DNA from: a virus
Strand: one strand, 5' to 3'
Length of the DNA stretch: 64,000 nucleotides
IMG/VR virus record: IMGVR_UViG_3300005529_000002
Coordinates: 35,933-99,932 of that record
Positions 41,705 through 53,100 of the stretch are shown piece after piece (position 1 is the first letter of the stretch; each line of letters begins with the position of its first letter). The notes beneath the pieces were generated by a model that was not told the DNA's origin, ran no database searches, and worked only from the letters and a program-made list of their open reading frames with translations. Both the position numbers and the translations under genes were made by a program.

Positions 41705-44700
41705 GTGGCGATCGAGGAGACCATTGCCGTAGGCGTCTCCGGGCTCGGTGATGTCACCGCCCTGGCCGATGCGCTGGACAAGGCGGCAGCGTCCGCGGCG
41801 CGGCTTGACGAGGCGGCCGGGAAAGGGTTCAGCTTCTCCGGTGCCGCATCGGGAGCGGGGAAGCTCGCGGACTCCTACGAGGCGGCGTTCGCCCGTATCC
41901 AGGCGCAGTTCGACGCCATGGAAAAGCGGATGGCGTCGATGGGGAAGGCCGCAGGCGGAGACTCCGCGGCGGCCAGCCTCGGCGCGGTCGGGGAGGCGGG
42001 AAAGGCCGCAGCGGCAGGGCTGGATTCGGCTGCCGCGTCCGGGGCGGCGGCCGGGGACGCCCTGAAGTCCGCCGCGGGCGGCGCAGATTCCGCCGCGGCC
42101 TCGTTCGGCGCTGCCGGGGACGCCGCTAAATCGGCGGCTGCGGGGGCGGACGCGGTCGCCGGGTCAGGTGCCGCTGCCGCTGACGGGCTCAAGTCCGCCG
42201 GGGCAGGGGCGGACGCGGCCGCGGGACAGCTCGCGGCGCTGCGTGCCGAGATGACGGCTACGGCGGCGTCGGCGGACGCGACAGCAGCGGCGACAGCGGA
42301 CGCGAACGCGAAGATCGCTCGCGGGCAGCGGCTGAACACGATGGCCGCGCGGGACGCCTCAGCGGAGGCGGTCGCGGCGCAGCGGGCCCAGTCCGCGGCG
42401 TCAAGGCAGGCCGCCGAAGACGCTGCGGCCTCGTCATCGAAACACTCGGCCGTCGTGCTCGGGCTCGCTGCGGCGCTCGGCTACGGCACCGAGAAAGCCG
42501 CTCAGCTCCAGACCTCCGTCACCAAGCTGTACACGTCAGCCGGGGAGTCGCGGGCGAACCTGCCGATGATCTCCCAGGGCATCCTCGCCATGTCCGGGGC
42601 CACTGACACGTCGCAGGCGGACCTGGCAGCCGGGGCGTATTTCGCGGAGTCGGCCGGGTTCCACGGCCGGAACGCGCTCGCCGTGACCAGGGCAGCAGCG
42701 CAAGGCGCGAAAGCTGAGGGCGCGAACGTCCCCGATGTCGCGAACGCGCTGACGACGGTGCTGAACGACTACTTCGGCGGGCCGGCGAAAACCCCGCAGC
42801 TTCAGCAGAAGCAGGCCACTCAGGCGATGAATGAGATCATCGCGAGCGTCGGCCAGGGCAAGATGACCTTGCAGGGGCTGTCCACGGCGCTGCCGGTGCT
42901 GCTGCCGACCGCGAAGACCGCCGGGCTGAAACTGCCGCAGGTGCTCGGCGCCGAGGCGACTATGACCGCCGGGGGCACCACTCCCGAGAACGCGGCGCAG
43001 GAAATCCGGTACACGGTACAGCACCTCCAGAAGCTGTCGAACCCGCAGGCCGCCGAGATGCAGATGCTCGGCATCAACCCTGTCCAGCTCCAGCATGACC
43101 TGGGCAGGCAGGGTCTGACGGGGACGATCGGCGAAGTAGACAACGCGATCCAGAAGCACATGGGGCCGGGCGGCATGGTGCTGCTCGACACCATGAACCA
43201 GGCGAAACTGGCGACCCAGTCCGCGCGCGAGGAGATCGCGGCGATGCCGCCGTCGATCCGGAAGACCGCCGAGGCGTACCTGTCCGGCAGCATCAACGCG
43301 AAGGCGTTCAACCAGGCTGTCCGGCAAGGCCCGGAGTCGGCCAGGGACGCGAACCTGCTCAAGCAGTTCGAATCCACGGCGTCATCGGCGCTCGGGTTCT
43401 CCCAGCTCGTCAAGTCGGGGCAGGGCAACCAGCAGACTGTCGCCGCCGCCCTGGCCACCTTGATGGGCGGCCAGCCCGGCATGCAGGTCGCCGAGCAGGT
43501 CGGCGGCGCGGACCACCTGAAGACGTTCGGCGACAACGTCAGGACGATCGGCGACACAGCCGCGCACACCGGGGACAACATACGGGGCTGGAACGACATC
43601 CAGGGCCAGCTGAATTTCAAGCTCGGGTCGTTCGTCCACACCGCTGAGGCGGTCGCGACCGAGGCCGGGCAGATGGTGCTCCCGGACCTGACGAAAGTGC
43701 TCGGCGTGGCGTCCGGCGCCGGCCAGTTCCTGGCGTCCCACCCTGCGGTGACGCAGCCGCTGATGGCCGGCGGCGGGATCCTGGCGGCAGGGTACGCGCT
43801 CCAGAAAGTCCGGCAGCCGGTCACGGCAGCACTCCAGGGTGCCGGGAAGATCGGCGAGGCGCTGCACATCCCTGGCCTGGACAAGCTGGCGAATATCGGG
43901 AAAGACACGGGACTGGCGGGCGCCGCCACCGGGCTCACCGGGGCGGCCACGTCACTGGACGGGGCGGCGGCCAGCCTGGAAGGCGCGGCGGCCAGCCTGA
44001 AGGGCGGCAGCCTGGCGGGTGCCGCGGAAGGCGGCGGCCTTCCCGGGGCTGCCGCGACGGGGGAACGCGCAGCCGGGTCGGCGGCGGAGAAAGACGCTGC
44101 CCTCGCGGGTGAGGAGGCGGCCGGCGGGTCTTTCCTGAGCAAGTTCCTGGGCGGGGCGAAATCCGCTGCGGGAGGTCTCGGTGAGGTCGCCAGCCGCATG
44201 GTGATGCCGCTCGCGGTCGCGGCGACCGTGAAGCAGGTCGGTGACCAGCTCGCCCCGGCGGGCAGCAACGCCGGCAAGATCACGAGCATCACTCAGCATT
44301 CCAGCCTCGCCGGGCCGTCCGGGTCGCTCGACATCGGCGGATGGTTCGGGCTGCTCGCCCAGCACATGCCGGACCTGTTCGGCAGCGGCGGCAGGCCGCA
44401 GACGGCGTCGCTGGCCGGAGGCGGCCGGTACGCTGCCCTGTCCGGCGACTACCGGCAGTCGGTCCCGGCCCCCTACGCCGCCCCCCGGGCGGCACCAGCG
44501 CCGCTGCCGGCCGAGTCGCAGATGCCGCACCTGTACGCCGCCGCGGGCCACCCCGGCACGATGACCGGCGGCCCCCCGGTCAAGATCCCCGCCCCGGACC
44601 TCAGCGCGGTCGAAGGTGCCACCGCCAAGGCCAAGAACGCCTTGAACACGCTGGGAAACATCCAGGTCAAGCCCGTCAAGGTGCCTGCCCCGGACACTTC

Positions 44701-46375
44701 GGCCGTCGATTCGGCGTCCGCTAAGGTCAAGGGCGCGATGACGGCGCTGTCTTCCATGCACATCAACCCGCTGCGGATGCCGGCCGCCGACCTGTCCGCC
44801 CTGGACCAGGCGAAAGCGAAAACCGCGTCGGACATGAACGGGATCACCGGCACCATGGCGGCAGCAGCCGGCCCGGCCCGCGCCGCGGGTGCAGCGGTGG
44901 CGGCGGGGATGGCCGGCGGGATCAGCGCCGGGACAGGAGCGGCGGTAGCGGCAGCGCACCAGCTCGCCGCCGAGGTCGAGAGCGCCCTCAACGTCTCCCT
45001 CCAGGTGCACAGCCCGTCGAAAGTGTCCGAGCACAGCGGCGAGGAGTTCAGCGCCGGCCTGGCTTCCGGCATAGACAAGGGAAAAACCAAGGCGAAGAAG
45101 TCCGCCGCCGGCCTGTCCGCTTCCACCGTGAACTCGCTGGTCACCGGGCTCCAGGGCGGCCAGTCCGCGGTCGATGCCGCGATGGCGGCGCTCGGCTCCC
45201 CCGCCAAGCCCCAGGACATCACCACCATCGAGGCGACCGTCGCGAAACTGAAATCCGATCTGGCGGCGGGACTGAAGAAGGGCGATGTCTCCAAATCCGA
45301 GGACAGCGCCCTGACGACGATGCTGGACCGGGACAACCAGAAGCTCCAGCGGCTCGCGGCGCAGCGCACGAAACTGGAAACCGAGATCGCCTCCGCCCAG
45401 CAGCTCGGCCAGTCCGCGATCAGCGAGGCGTCCATCCTGAACGCCGGGCAGGCCGCCCCCGCTGAGTCGATCACCGCGCAGGCCAGCAGCCAGACGGTGC
45501 AGGGCATGCAGTACCAGGCGCAGCAGCAGCAGCAGTTCGCGAGCCAGCTGGCCCAGCTGCAGAAGCAGGGCCTCAACGCCCAGTCCATCTCGCAACTCGC
45601 GCAGGGCGGCGCGGCGGCCGGCCTGCCGGTCACCGAGGGCCTCGTCGGGGACAAGTCCGCGATCTCCCAGATCAACCAGTCCGAGAAGCAGATCATGGCG
45701 GCTGCCGGGAGCATCGGGAACACGGGTGCCCCGGCCATGTACCAGGCAGGGCAGCAAGTCGCCTCCCAGCTCGGCAAGGGCCTCCAAGGCCAGCTCAAGG
45801 CGGTTGACAACCAGATGAAGTCCGTCGCCCACGGCATGGTGAGCGCCGTCGAGGCGGGACTGAACGGCAAGGGCCTCAAGGCGGCGATGGCGGCGGACGG
45901 GGCCTCGGCCGGGCAGGGGTTCGCCAGCGGGCTCCAGTCGGAGATCCCCGCCGCGTCGGCGGCCGGGGCGGCGCTCGCGCAGGCTGCGGAAGCAGCGGCG
46001 AAAGCGCAGCTCCAGTCCCATTCCCCGTCGCTGGTGTTCCGGCGCGTCGGGTTCACCGTGCCGGAGGGGTTCGCGCAGGGCATAGGCGACGGTGCCGGGC
46101 CGGTGTCGGCCGCCGCCGGGCGGATGGCGTCCGGTGCGGCAGCGCATGCGGGGATGATGCACCCGTACGGCGGCGGCGGCGGCGGAACACCCAGCGTGGG
46201 CGGGTTCTCCGGTGGGGGCGGCGGTACCCAGGTGGTCCACCACCACTACAACATAACGGTACAGGGCAGTGTCACCACTGAGCGTGACCTGTTCAACGCC
46301 ATGCAGGACAGGCAGCTGGAACGGTCCGCGAATAACTACCGGGGCGGCTGGAACCTGCCGTACAAGGGGGCGTGA
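41705..46375 (+). CDS. Tape measure protein
   Basis: 1556 aa, Ala-rich helical; TP901-type core; HSPS motifs; NITVQGSV at the C-terminus. Confidence 0.95.
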   Translation: MAIEETIAVGVSGLGDVTALADALDKAAASAARLDEAAGKGFSFSGAASGAGKLADSYEAAFARIQAQFDAMEKRMASMGKAAGGDSAAASLGAVGEAGKAAAAGLDSAAASGAAAGDALKSAAGGADSAAASFGAAGDAAKSAAAGADAVAGSGAAAADGLKSAGAGADAAAGQLAALRAEMTATAASADATAAATADANAKIARGQRLNTMAARDASAEAVAAQRAQSAASRQAAEDAAASSSKHSAVVLGLAAALGYGTEKAAQLQTSVTKLYTSAGESRANLPMISQGILAMSGATDTSQADLAAGAYFAESAGFHGRNALAVTRAAAQGAKAEGANVPDVANALTTVLNDYFGGPAKTPQLQQKQATQAMNEIIASVGQGKMTLQGLSTALPVLLPTAKTAGLKLPQVLGAEATMTAGGTTPENAAQEIRYTVQHLQKLSNPQAAEMQMLGINPVQLQHDLGRQGLTGTIGEVDNAIQKHMGPGGMVLLDTMNQAKLATQSAREEIAAMPPSIRKTAEAYLSGSINAKAFNQAVRQGPESARDANLLKQFESTASSALGFSQLVKSGQGNQQTVAAALATLMGGQPGMQVAEQVGGADHLKTFGDNVRTIGDTAAHTGDNIRGWNDIQGQLNFKLGSFVHTAEAVATEAGQMVLPDLTKVLGVASGAGQFLASHPAVTQPLMAGGGILAAGYALQKVRQPVTAALQGAGKIGEALHIPGLDKLANIGKDTGLAGAATGLTGAATSLDGAAASLEGAAASLKGGSLAGAAEGGGLPGAAATGERAAGSAAEKDAALAGEEAAGGSFLSKFLGGAKSAAGGLGEVASRMVMPLAVAATVKQVGDQLAPAGSNAGKITSITQHSSLAGPSGSLDIGGWFGLLAQHMPDLFGSGGRPQTASLAGGGRYAALSGDYRQSVPAPYAAPRAAPAPLPAESQMPHLYAAAGHPGTMTGGPPVKIPAPDLSAVEGATAKAKNALNTLGNIQVKPVKVPAPDTSAVDSASAKVKGAMTALSSMHINPLRMPAADLSALDQAKAKTASDMNGITGTMAAAAGPARAAGAAVAAGMAGGISAGTGAAVAAAHQLAAEVESALNVSLQVHSPSKVSEHSGEEFSAGLASGIDKGKTKAKKSAAGLSASTVNSLVTGLQGGQSAVDAAMAALGSPAKPQDITTIEATVAKLKSDLAAGLKKGDVSKSEDSALTTMLDRDNQKLQRLAAQRTKLETEIASAQQLGQSAISEASILNAGQAAPAESITAQASSQTVQGMQYQAQQQQQFASQLAQLQKQGLNAQSISQLAQGGAAAGLPVTEGLVGDKSAISQINQSEKQIMAAAGSIGNTGAPAMYQAGQQVASQLGKGLQGQLKAVDNQMKSVAHGMVSAVEAGLNGKGLKAAMAADGASAGQGFASGLQSEIPAASAAGAALAQAAEAAAKAQLQSHSPSLVFRRVGFTVPEGFAQGIGDGAGPVSAAAGRMASGAAAHAGMMHPYGGGGGGTPSVGGFSGGGGGTQVVHHHYNITVQGSVTTERDLFNAMQDRQLERSANNYRGGWNLPYKGA

Positions 46376-46379
46376 CCAG

Positions 46380-49229
46380 GTGTCCTTGTCATACACGCAG
46401 ATCACCGGCACGTTCGAGGACGGTTCCGGGAACCCGCTCAGCGGCACGGCCGAGTTCAGCATCAACACCACCCTGTACGCGTCGGGCGTCCCGCTGCTCC
46501 AGCCCAGCGTGCCCGTCCAGGCGCAGATCATCGCCGGCAGCCTGAAGAACGCCGAGGGCGGCACCCTCCAGCTCCTCGACCTGGCCAGCACCGGCATCGC
46601 CTTCGCCGGCCAGACCGGCTTCTGGTTCTGGACAGTCTCAGTGACGATCGGCGGCGAGGTGCTGCCGCCGTGGAGCTTCTTCCTGGAACACTCCGGGACC
46701 GCCGTGGACCTGTACTCGCTCGCCAACACGTCAGCGGGAGGCGGTGGCGGGATCACGCCGCCAGCGGGGGACATCGGCGGCAGCACGTCAGCTCCCACGG
46801 TGGTGTCCACGCACCTTTCCGCGCCGCTGCCGACGGCGCAGGGCGGCACCGGGCAGAACGCCGCGAACAGCGCCGCGCTGCTGGCCGCGCTCGGCGCGCT
46901 CCAGGCCGCCGGCAACCTGTCAGATGTCGCTAACGCGGCTACAGCCAGGACGAACCTCGGGCTGGGCTCCGCGGCCACGCAGCCGTCCTCGGCGTTCGAC
47001 GCGTCAGGTGCCGCGGTCACGGCGCAAGGCAATGCCGAGGCGTACGCGGACACGAGCAAGCTGGCCAAAGCCGCGAACCTGTCCGACCTGGCGAACGCGG
47101 CGACCGCGCGTACTAACCTGGGGCTCGGTTCCGCCGCCACGCAGGATACGTCCGCGTTCGACGCGGCTGGTTCGGCAGTCACGGCGCAAGGGAACGCGGA
47201 AGCATACTCGTCTCCCACCACGACCCTGGGCGACACCATCTACGGCGGGCCGTCCGGCGTGCCGGCCCGGCTCCCGGGGAACACGGCCGCGACCAGGAAG
47301 TTCTGGCGCCAGCAGGGCACCGGGACGGCGTCGGCCGCCCCCGCGTGGGACACCCTCACCCAGGCCGATATCACCGCGGCTTACCCGTGGCAGTTCCTGC
47401 CGGAGAGCTACGGCGCGAAACGGGACGGCGCGTTCCTGTACGACGCCGCGATGACGAACGGGTCGGCGGTGCTGACCGCGGCGGGGCTTCCCGCTCCGTC
47501 CGCGCCGTCCGTGTCGAACTCCGGCACCGGGGGTACCGTCCTGGCGGGCACGTACCAGGTCATCGTCACCTACGTGAACCAGTACGGGGAGACGCTGGGC
47601 AGCACGGCGAGCAGCACGGCAACCAGCGGCACCACGTCATCGATCACGGTCACGTCGCCGCTGCCGTGGACGAACGCCACCGGCTATTACGTGTACTGCA
47701 CCCAGGCCGGCGGTTCCTCCTTCACCCGGCAGCAGGTCCTGGGCAACCCGACGCCGCTGCGCAGCAGTTTCGCGATCACCGCGCCGCCGGCGAGCAGCGG
47801 TGCCGCGCCGCCCGGCTCAAACACTTCGGGTTCGGCGCCGTTCACCAGCGGCGATGTCGGCAAGCACATCATCGTCCCCTCGGCGGGCGGGTTCCTCAAC
47901 GTGCCGCTCGTCACCACCATCGCCAGCTTCCAGTCAGCCAGCCAGGTCACCCTCGCGGCGAACGCTACCCGCACGGTCAACGGGCAGGGCGCGGTATACG
48001 GCACCGATGACACCAGCGCGGTCCAGCAGGCCGTCAATGCCGCCGTCTCCTACGCACGGCTGAGCGAGCAGGCCGCCGCGGAGGTGCTGTTCTCCGCCGG
48101 GATCTACGTAATCGCCGGGGCGCCGGGCGGCACCTACCAGTCCGCGCAGATCCAGATCCCATACGTCAACCCGTACACCGGTCCGAAAGTTGACCTGAAG
48201 CTCACGGGCCCGCAGCAGGCCGGCGGCCCTGTGCACTGGTCCCAGCCCAATCCGCCCGCGGCGGGGGCCACGCTGGCGAGCGTCTATTACAACGACTCCT
48301 CCAGCGGCGGCGGGCCGCCGCCGAACGTGGTGATCGGCGGCCCGGTGCAGGGCGGCGGCCTGTTCTTCGGCGGCAACAACGGCCTGTTCAGCAACATGCG
48401 GGTGATCGCGGACGGAATCAACGTGCTCGTGGCTTACCGGCCATGTGTCGCCGGCCTGGACCTGTACGGCTGCGCCCAAGCCGACATACGGTCATTCGCC
48501 TACTACTGCATGGCCGCCACGGGCACCGCAGCCGGCGGCTGGCCGCCTTACGAGTCTGACGGCGGCAACCCGTCCGCGTGGGGAACTTTCGGCTACCGCA
48601 GCCCCGCGACCGGCAACAACGACCAGAACGACCTTGACCGGGGAACCTTTATCGGCCCCTACCACGGCATTATCATCTCCGACCACTTCTCCGGCGGCTC
48701 TGTCAAGAGCATCTTCTGCAACGACGGGGTCCTCGTGTCGGCTGTGAGCCAAGCACACCACTGCCAGATTGCGTCACTGTCTTTCGAGACCGGGCAGGAC
48801 GCGGTGCGGGTCGACTCCAGCGGGCAGACGTGCGCACTGTTCATCGGTTCGCTGCATGTCGAGTCGCTGTTCGGGTTCTTCATCAACGATTCCGGGAACC
48901 TGCTGTTCGGCGAGATCCGCGCCGAGGACCAGGGCACTACCGGGGTCATCGCCAACGGCAAGAACGGCGCGGCGAACGTGTGCCTGGTCTGGGATTTCCA
49001 GCCGCTCGGCGCGGTCGCTTCCCCGCCTGCGGTCCCCGCCTCCGGCACCCCCTACGTCAACCAGTTCTGGCGGGACGCGACCGTCATCGTGACCGGCGGG
49101 ACCGTCTCGGCCATTTCCGTGGACGGCAGGACGACCGGGCTCACGTCAGGCCCTGTGCCTGTCCGCAACGGCGGGACGATCACCCTCACCTACTCGGTGG
49201 CGCCTACCTGGGCCTGGGACCTGAGCTAG
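46380..49229 (+). CDS. Tail fibre/spike with stalk repeats and beta-helix-like region
   Basis: NLSD.ANAATARTNLGL repeats; YGAKRDG...TDDTSAVQQAVNAA...VLFSAGIY motif. Confidence 0.8.
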   Translation: MSLSYTQITGTFEDGSGNPLSGTAEFSINTTLYASGVPLLQPSVPVQAQIIAGSLKNAEGGTLQLLDLASTGIAFAGQTGFWFWTVSVTIGGEVLPPWSFFLEHSGTAVDLYSLANTSAGGGGGITPPAGDIGGSTSAPTVVSTHLSAPLPTAQGGTGQNAANSAALLAALGALQAAGNLSDVANAATARTNLGLGSAATQPSSAFDASGAAVTAQGNAEAYADTSKLAKAANLSDLANAATARTNLGLGSAATQDTSAFDAAGSAVTAQGNAEAYSSPTTTLGDTIYGGPSGVPARLPGNTAATRKFWRQQGTGTASAAPAWDTLTQADITAAYPWQFLPESYGAKRDGAFLYDAAMTNGSAVLTAAGLPAPSAPSVSNSGTGGTVLAGTYQVIVTYVNQYGETLGSTASSTATSGTTSSITVTSPLPWTNATGYYVYCTQAGGSSFTRQQVLGNPTPLRSSFAITAPPASSGAAPPGSNTSGSAPFTSGDVGKHIIVPSAGGFLNVPLVTTIASFQSASQVTLAANATRTVNGQGAVYGTDDTSAVQQAVNAAVSYARLSEQAAAEVLFSAGIYVIAGAPGGTYQSAQIQIPYVNPYTGPKVDLKLTGPQQAGGPVHWSQPNPPAAGATLASVYYNDSSSGGGPPPNVVIGGPVQGGGLFFGGNNGLFSNMRVIADGINVLVAYRPCVAGLDLYGCAQADIRSFAYYCMAATGTAAGGWPPYESDGGNPSAWGTFGYRSPATGNNDQNDLDRGTFIGPYHGIIISDHFSGGSVKSIFCNDGVLVSAVSQAHHCQIASLSFETGQDAVRVDSSGQTCALFIGSLHVESLFGFFINDSGNLLFGEIRAEDQGTTGVIANGKNGAANVCLVWDFQPLGAVASPPAVPASGTPYVNQFWRDATVIVTGGTVSAISVDGRTTGLTSGPVPVRNGGTITLTYSVAPTWAWDLS
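46914..47207 (+). repeat. Two 132-bp in-frame repeats (46914-47045, 47076-47207)
   Basis: 39 of 44 aa identical. Confidence 0.9.
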
Positions 49230-49284
49230 CGGGCGGACTGAGCGCCCTCCTCGTATCTCGCTGCCACGCTAGGAGGGCTGCCCC

Positions 49285-49890
49285 GTGCCGTTCAGCACCG
49301 CCGCCGCGGACTACGAGCTTGACCAGGAAGGCGCGAACCATTCCCTGTTCGCCAGCCTGCACAGCGCCTACTCGGCCACCGGGGCGAACGAGCTGTCCGG
49401 CGGGTCGCCGGCCTACGCCCGGCAGGCAGTCACCTGGTCGGCCGCGGCGAGCAACAGCAAGGCGCTGAGCAACTCCCCGACGCTGAACGTGCCCGCGGGC
49501 TCGTCGGTGGCGTTCATCGGCCTGTGGGACGCGGTCAGCGGAGGCTCGTTCCGGGGCATGTACCCGAACAGTGCCGGGGCGATCGCGTACGGGTTCAGCG
49601 CGCCCTCCTCGACCAGCATCCTGCTCGCCCCCGGCTCGGCTTACGCGGCGAACCAGACGGTGGTCGTGTTCCCTGTCGCCGGGTCCGCGCTCCCGAGCGG
49701 CCTCACAGCCGGCACCATCTATTACGTCAAATCCCCGTCCGGGGACTCGTTCCAGCTCTCGGCCACCTCTGGTGGCAGCGCGATCACTTTGTCGGCGGAC
49801 GGTGCCGGCGTGATTCAAGCAGTGTCTGTCGAAGCGTTCGTGTCTCAAGGGACGTTCCAGGTGAGCAGCGGCTCGCTGGCGATCATCTAG
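49285..49890 (+). CDS. Minor tail / tail-fibre-associated protein
   Basis: SLHSA.....NELSGGSPAYARQAVTW...IGLWDAVSGG. Confidence 0.8.
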   Translation: MPFSTAAADYELDQEGANHSLFASLHSAYSATGANELSGGSPAYARQAVTWSAAASNSKALSNSPTLNVPAGSSVAFIGLWDAVSGGSFRGMYPNSAGAIAYGFSAPSSTSILLAPGSAYAANQTVVVFPVAGSALPSGLTAGTIYYVKSPSGDSFQLSATSGGSAITLSADGAGVIQAVSVEAFVSQGTFQVSSGSLAII

Positions 49891-50065
49891 CGCGCCGGTC
49901 ACGCGGCCAGCTCGCGCAGGTGAGCCAGCCTGAGCCGAAGCACAGGAATTCCTCCGCCGCGACCTCATGCCGGGCGAGCCCCGGCCAGAGCGATGGCACC
50001 GCGATGAGCCCGCCGACGGCGAGGGCGGCCAGGGCCACCAGGGCAGCCGAGCGCCAGATGTTCAC
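49883..50065 (-). CDS. Small membrane protein (moron)
   Basis: TM segment; leaderless TACTGT-7 nt-GTG. Confidence 0.6.
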   Translation of the reverse strand: MNIWRSAALVALAALAVGGLIAVPSLWPGLARHEVAAEEFLCFGSGWLTCASWPRDRRAR

Positions 50066-50106
50066 GCCAGCGACAGTACCGCTCCCTGGCCGGAGGGGGG
50101 CACCCG

Positions 50107-53100
50107 GTGCCTTCGCAGACCTTCACCGCCTCCGGATCATGGACGGTCCCGGCGAACGCGGTGCCCGGTTCGGTCCAGGTGTACGCCATCGGCGAAAGCG
50201 GCAACGCCGGGACATCGGTGCACGGCTCCACGCCGGGTGCGGGTTCCGGAGGCGGGGCGTGCGGCGGTGAGCCCAGTCTCGGCGGCCTGACTCCCGGCAC
50301 GACCGTCCTGACGCTCACGATCCCGCAGGGCGGCACCGGAAACCCCACCACGGTGACGGGCGGCTCGGTCACCGTCCAGGGAAACGCGGGCGGTTCGGCC
50401 ACCGGGACGAGCCCCGGCAGCGGCGGCGCGGCCGGCACCAACACGGTCGCGTTCCGCGGCGGGAACGGGGCATCGAACTCGGGTTCCGCGTCGCCGGGCG
50501 GCGGCGGTGGCGGGTCGGCCGGGTCCACAGGGCCGGGCGGCGACGCCTCGGGAGCTACCGGCGGTGCGGCCGGGACCGGCGCGGCCGGGCCGCCGTCCCT
50601 GGCGGGTGCGGCGGGGGCGAGCGGGCCGGGGAGCCTGTCCGCCGGCACGAACGGCACCGCCCCGGGAGGCGGAGCGTCCGGCGGCGGGTCCGGCGGGTCC
50701 GTCAACCACACCGGCGGCACCGGGGCGCCGGGCCAGGTCATCATCATCTGGCAGGTTTTCACTTTCGGGTTCGCCGGCACCGGCAAGGGCACCGGGACGT
50801 TCACCGGGACGATCCACAAGACCGGGTCGTTCAAGGGCTACACGAGCGGATGGATGGCCCCCCCGGTCAGGGTCGTCAACGCCTGGTCAGGGACGTTCGC
50901 GCAGCCCGCAGTGTTCGGCAACATGCCGCCGGCGCTCCAGTCCGTCGTGGTGCCGCTCACCCCGGCGGGGAGCCTCGGCCTCGGCACCGGGACACCGTCG
51001 GCGGGCAACTGGCTGTTCTGCGTATCCGGGCTCAACGAGCAGTCCGCCACGTCAGAGGCGACAGTCGCCGTCTCGGATGACGTGCACGACTTCTGGCGGC
51101 CAGGCGACGAGACGACCTCGACGTGGGCCGTGTCGCAGGCGGCTGCCCTGACGCGGACCTCGGGCTGGTACACGCCGAACCTGAAGCGGATCCCGTCCGC
51201 CGTATACGCCGCACCGAACGGCTGCCTTGACGCGCAGTCGGTCATGGTCATCGAGGTGACCGGGCTCGGGCCGTGGGACACCGTCACCGGGATCTACACC
51301 AGCTACGCAGCAGCCGTGACGTCGCTGACCCTGGCGCTTCCCGCGCCCTCCGCCCCGGTGTTCCTGCTCGCCGCCGCGTGCGGGGACTCGGCAGCGGCCG
51401 GGCAGCAGCTCACCCCCGCCGGATGGAACACGCTGCCGCCGGTTTCAGCGTCGAACGGCGTGGATCACGCCTGCGACGCTGTCCTGACCACGGCATGGAC
51501 CACCGGCTCCTCGGCAGTGTCCGTCAACGCCACGGCGGCATCCGCGACGGACCTGTCCGGGGTCGTCATCGGGGTCCTCCAGAACGCCCCGTCACCGATC
51601 CCGGCCGGCGCGAACCCGGCGTGGGCAGGCCGGTTCATCGTGGAGATCGGCCTGGGCTCGGGGTTCCAGACACCGCCGGACCAGGTCACCTGGACCAAGG
51701 TGACCGACAATGAGTGGCCGGGCACGTACGTGCCGGGCTCCGGCACCGTCAAGCGTGCCTGGACCTGGTCCGACAGCGGCGGGATCCAGTACGGCCTCGG
51801 CGGCCTCCAGTCCGGTGAGGGCACCAGCCAGTGGGACAACGCGGACGGCTACCTGACCCCGTCCAACTCGTCCTCGCCGCTGTACCCGGATGTCACCACC
51901 GGCACTCCCGTGCGGATCCGCGCAGCTCTCGGCACCATCGGCGGGAAAACCGTCAACTCGTGGTACGTGGTGCAGCGCAATGCGCTCAAGTTCACCGAGA
52001 AGCGCACCAAGGGCCTGAGGTCGTTCATCGAGGCGGGGCTCACCGACATCTACAGCGTGTTCTCCGCCCCCTGCCCGTCCCCGTACCGGGGCGAGGTCTA
52101 CCAGGACAACCCGCACATGTGGATCCCGTGCGATGACCAGCCGGTATCGGGCGGCGTGCTGCCCACCCAGCTCCGCAACGCGGCCGAGGGAACCGGGCTG
52201 CCGCTCCAGATCGTCCCCTCGCCGAACGGGGTCTCCGGGCAGGACGGCTACTCCTCCTCCGGCGCGTGGACGAGCATCTCCGGGTCCAACCCCGGCGCGG
52301 ACGGCACCGACCTGACGGCCCTGCTGAACGTGGTCGGCACATCGGTTCCGCCGCCTAGCGTCGCGGTCTACTCGGTGGCGGCCGACAGCGGCTGGATGTA
52401 CGGGGACCCGCAGTCCTCCCCCGGTATCCAGGCCGGCGGCGGCCCGGTGACGGCGCAGCCTGGCGCGGCAGCGTGGCAGCAGAGCGGAGCATCGGGGAAT
52501 ACCGGGTCGAACGGCTGGTTCCTGGCCTGCCATGACCCGTCGTTCCCGCCTCTGAGCGGCGGGATCACCGTCGAATCCTGGTTCAACTACGCGTATTTCC
52601 GCACGGCTGCCGGCGTGAACAACGCCGGCACCTTTTACGGGGAAACCGGGCAGCCGTACTGCCCGCTGACGCTGTGGGAGCTGGCGACCGACACCGGCCC
52701 GGTGTGCCTGCTCCAGCTCGACTTGTCCGGGCACCTGGTCTTCACGACGTACAACGGGACGACCCCCACCTCAACGACGGTGTACAACTCGTCTGACCTG
52801 CGGTGCAACGCGTGGGTGAACTACACCGTCGTCATGAACCAGGGCTCGTGGACGGTGTACGTCAACGCCGGCCTCACCGCCAAGGCGACCGGCTCGGGCG
52901 CGGGGATGACATCGGCCTGGACCTGGTTCATAGGGAACGGCGACCTCGGCACCAGCGGCGGGACGAACCTGGCCGCGATCCAGCACGGCGGCAACTGCGA
53001 GGCGTCCCACATCGCGATATACCCGCAGATGCTGCCTGCCTACCGGATCCTGGCCCACTACAACGCGGCCCTGACCGGGTTCGGGCTCATCCCGGCGCCC

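Noticed and set aside
46914-47207. Diversity-generating retroelement TR/VR pair
   Set aside because: Both copies are in-frame coding, differences are mostly synonymous and not adenine-specific, and no reverse transcriptase is in the window
43952-47239. 1095-aa minus-strand ORF, and similar long antisense ORFs (28298-30202, 15544-17007, 33362-34633)
   Set aside because: Shadow ORFs of high-GC genes on the opposite strand; no motifs or RBS
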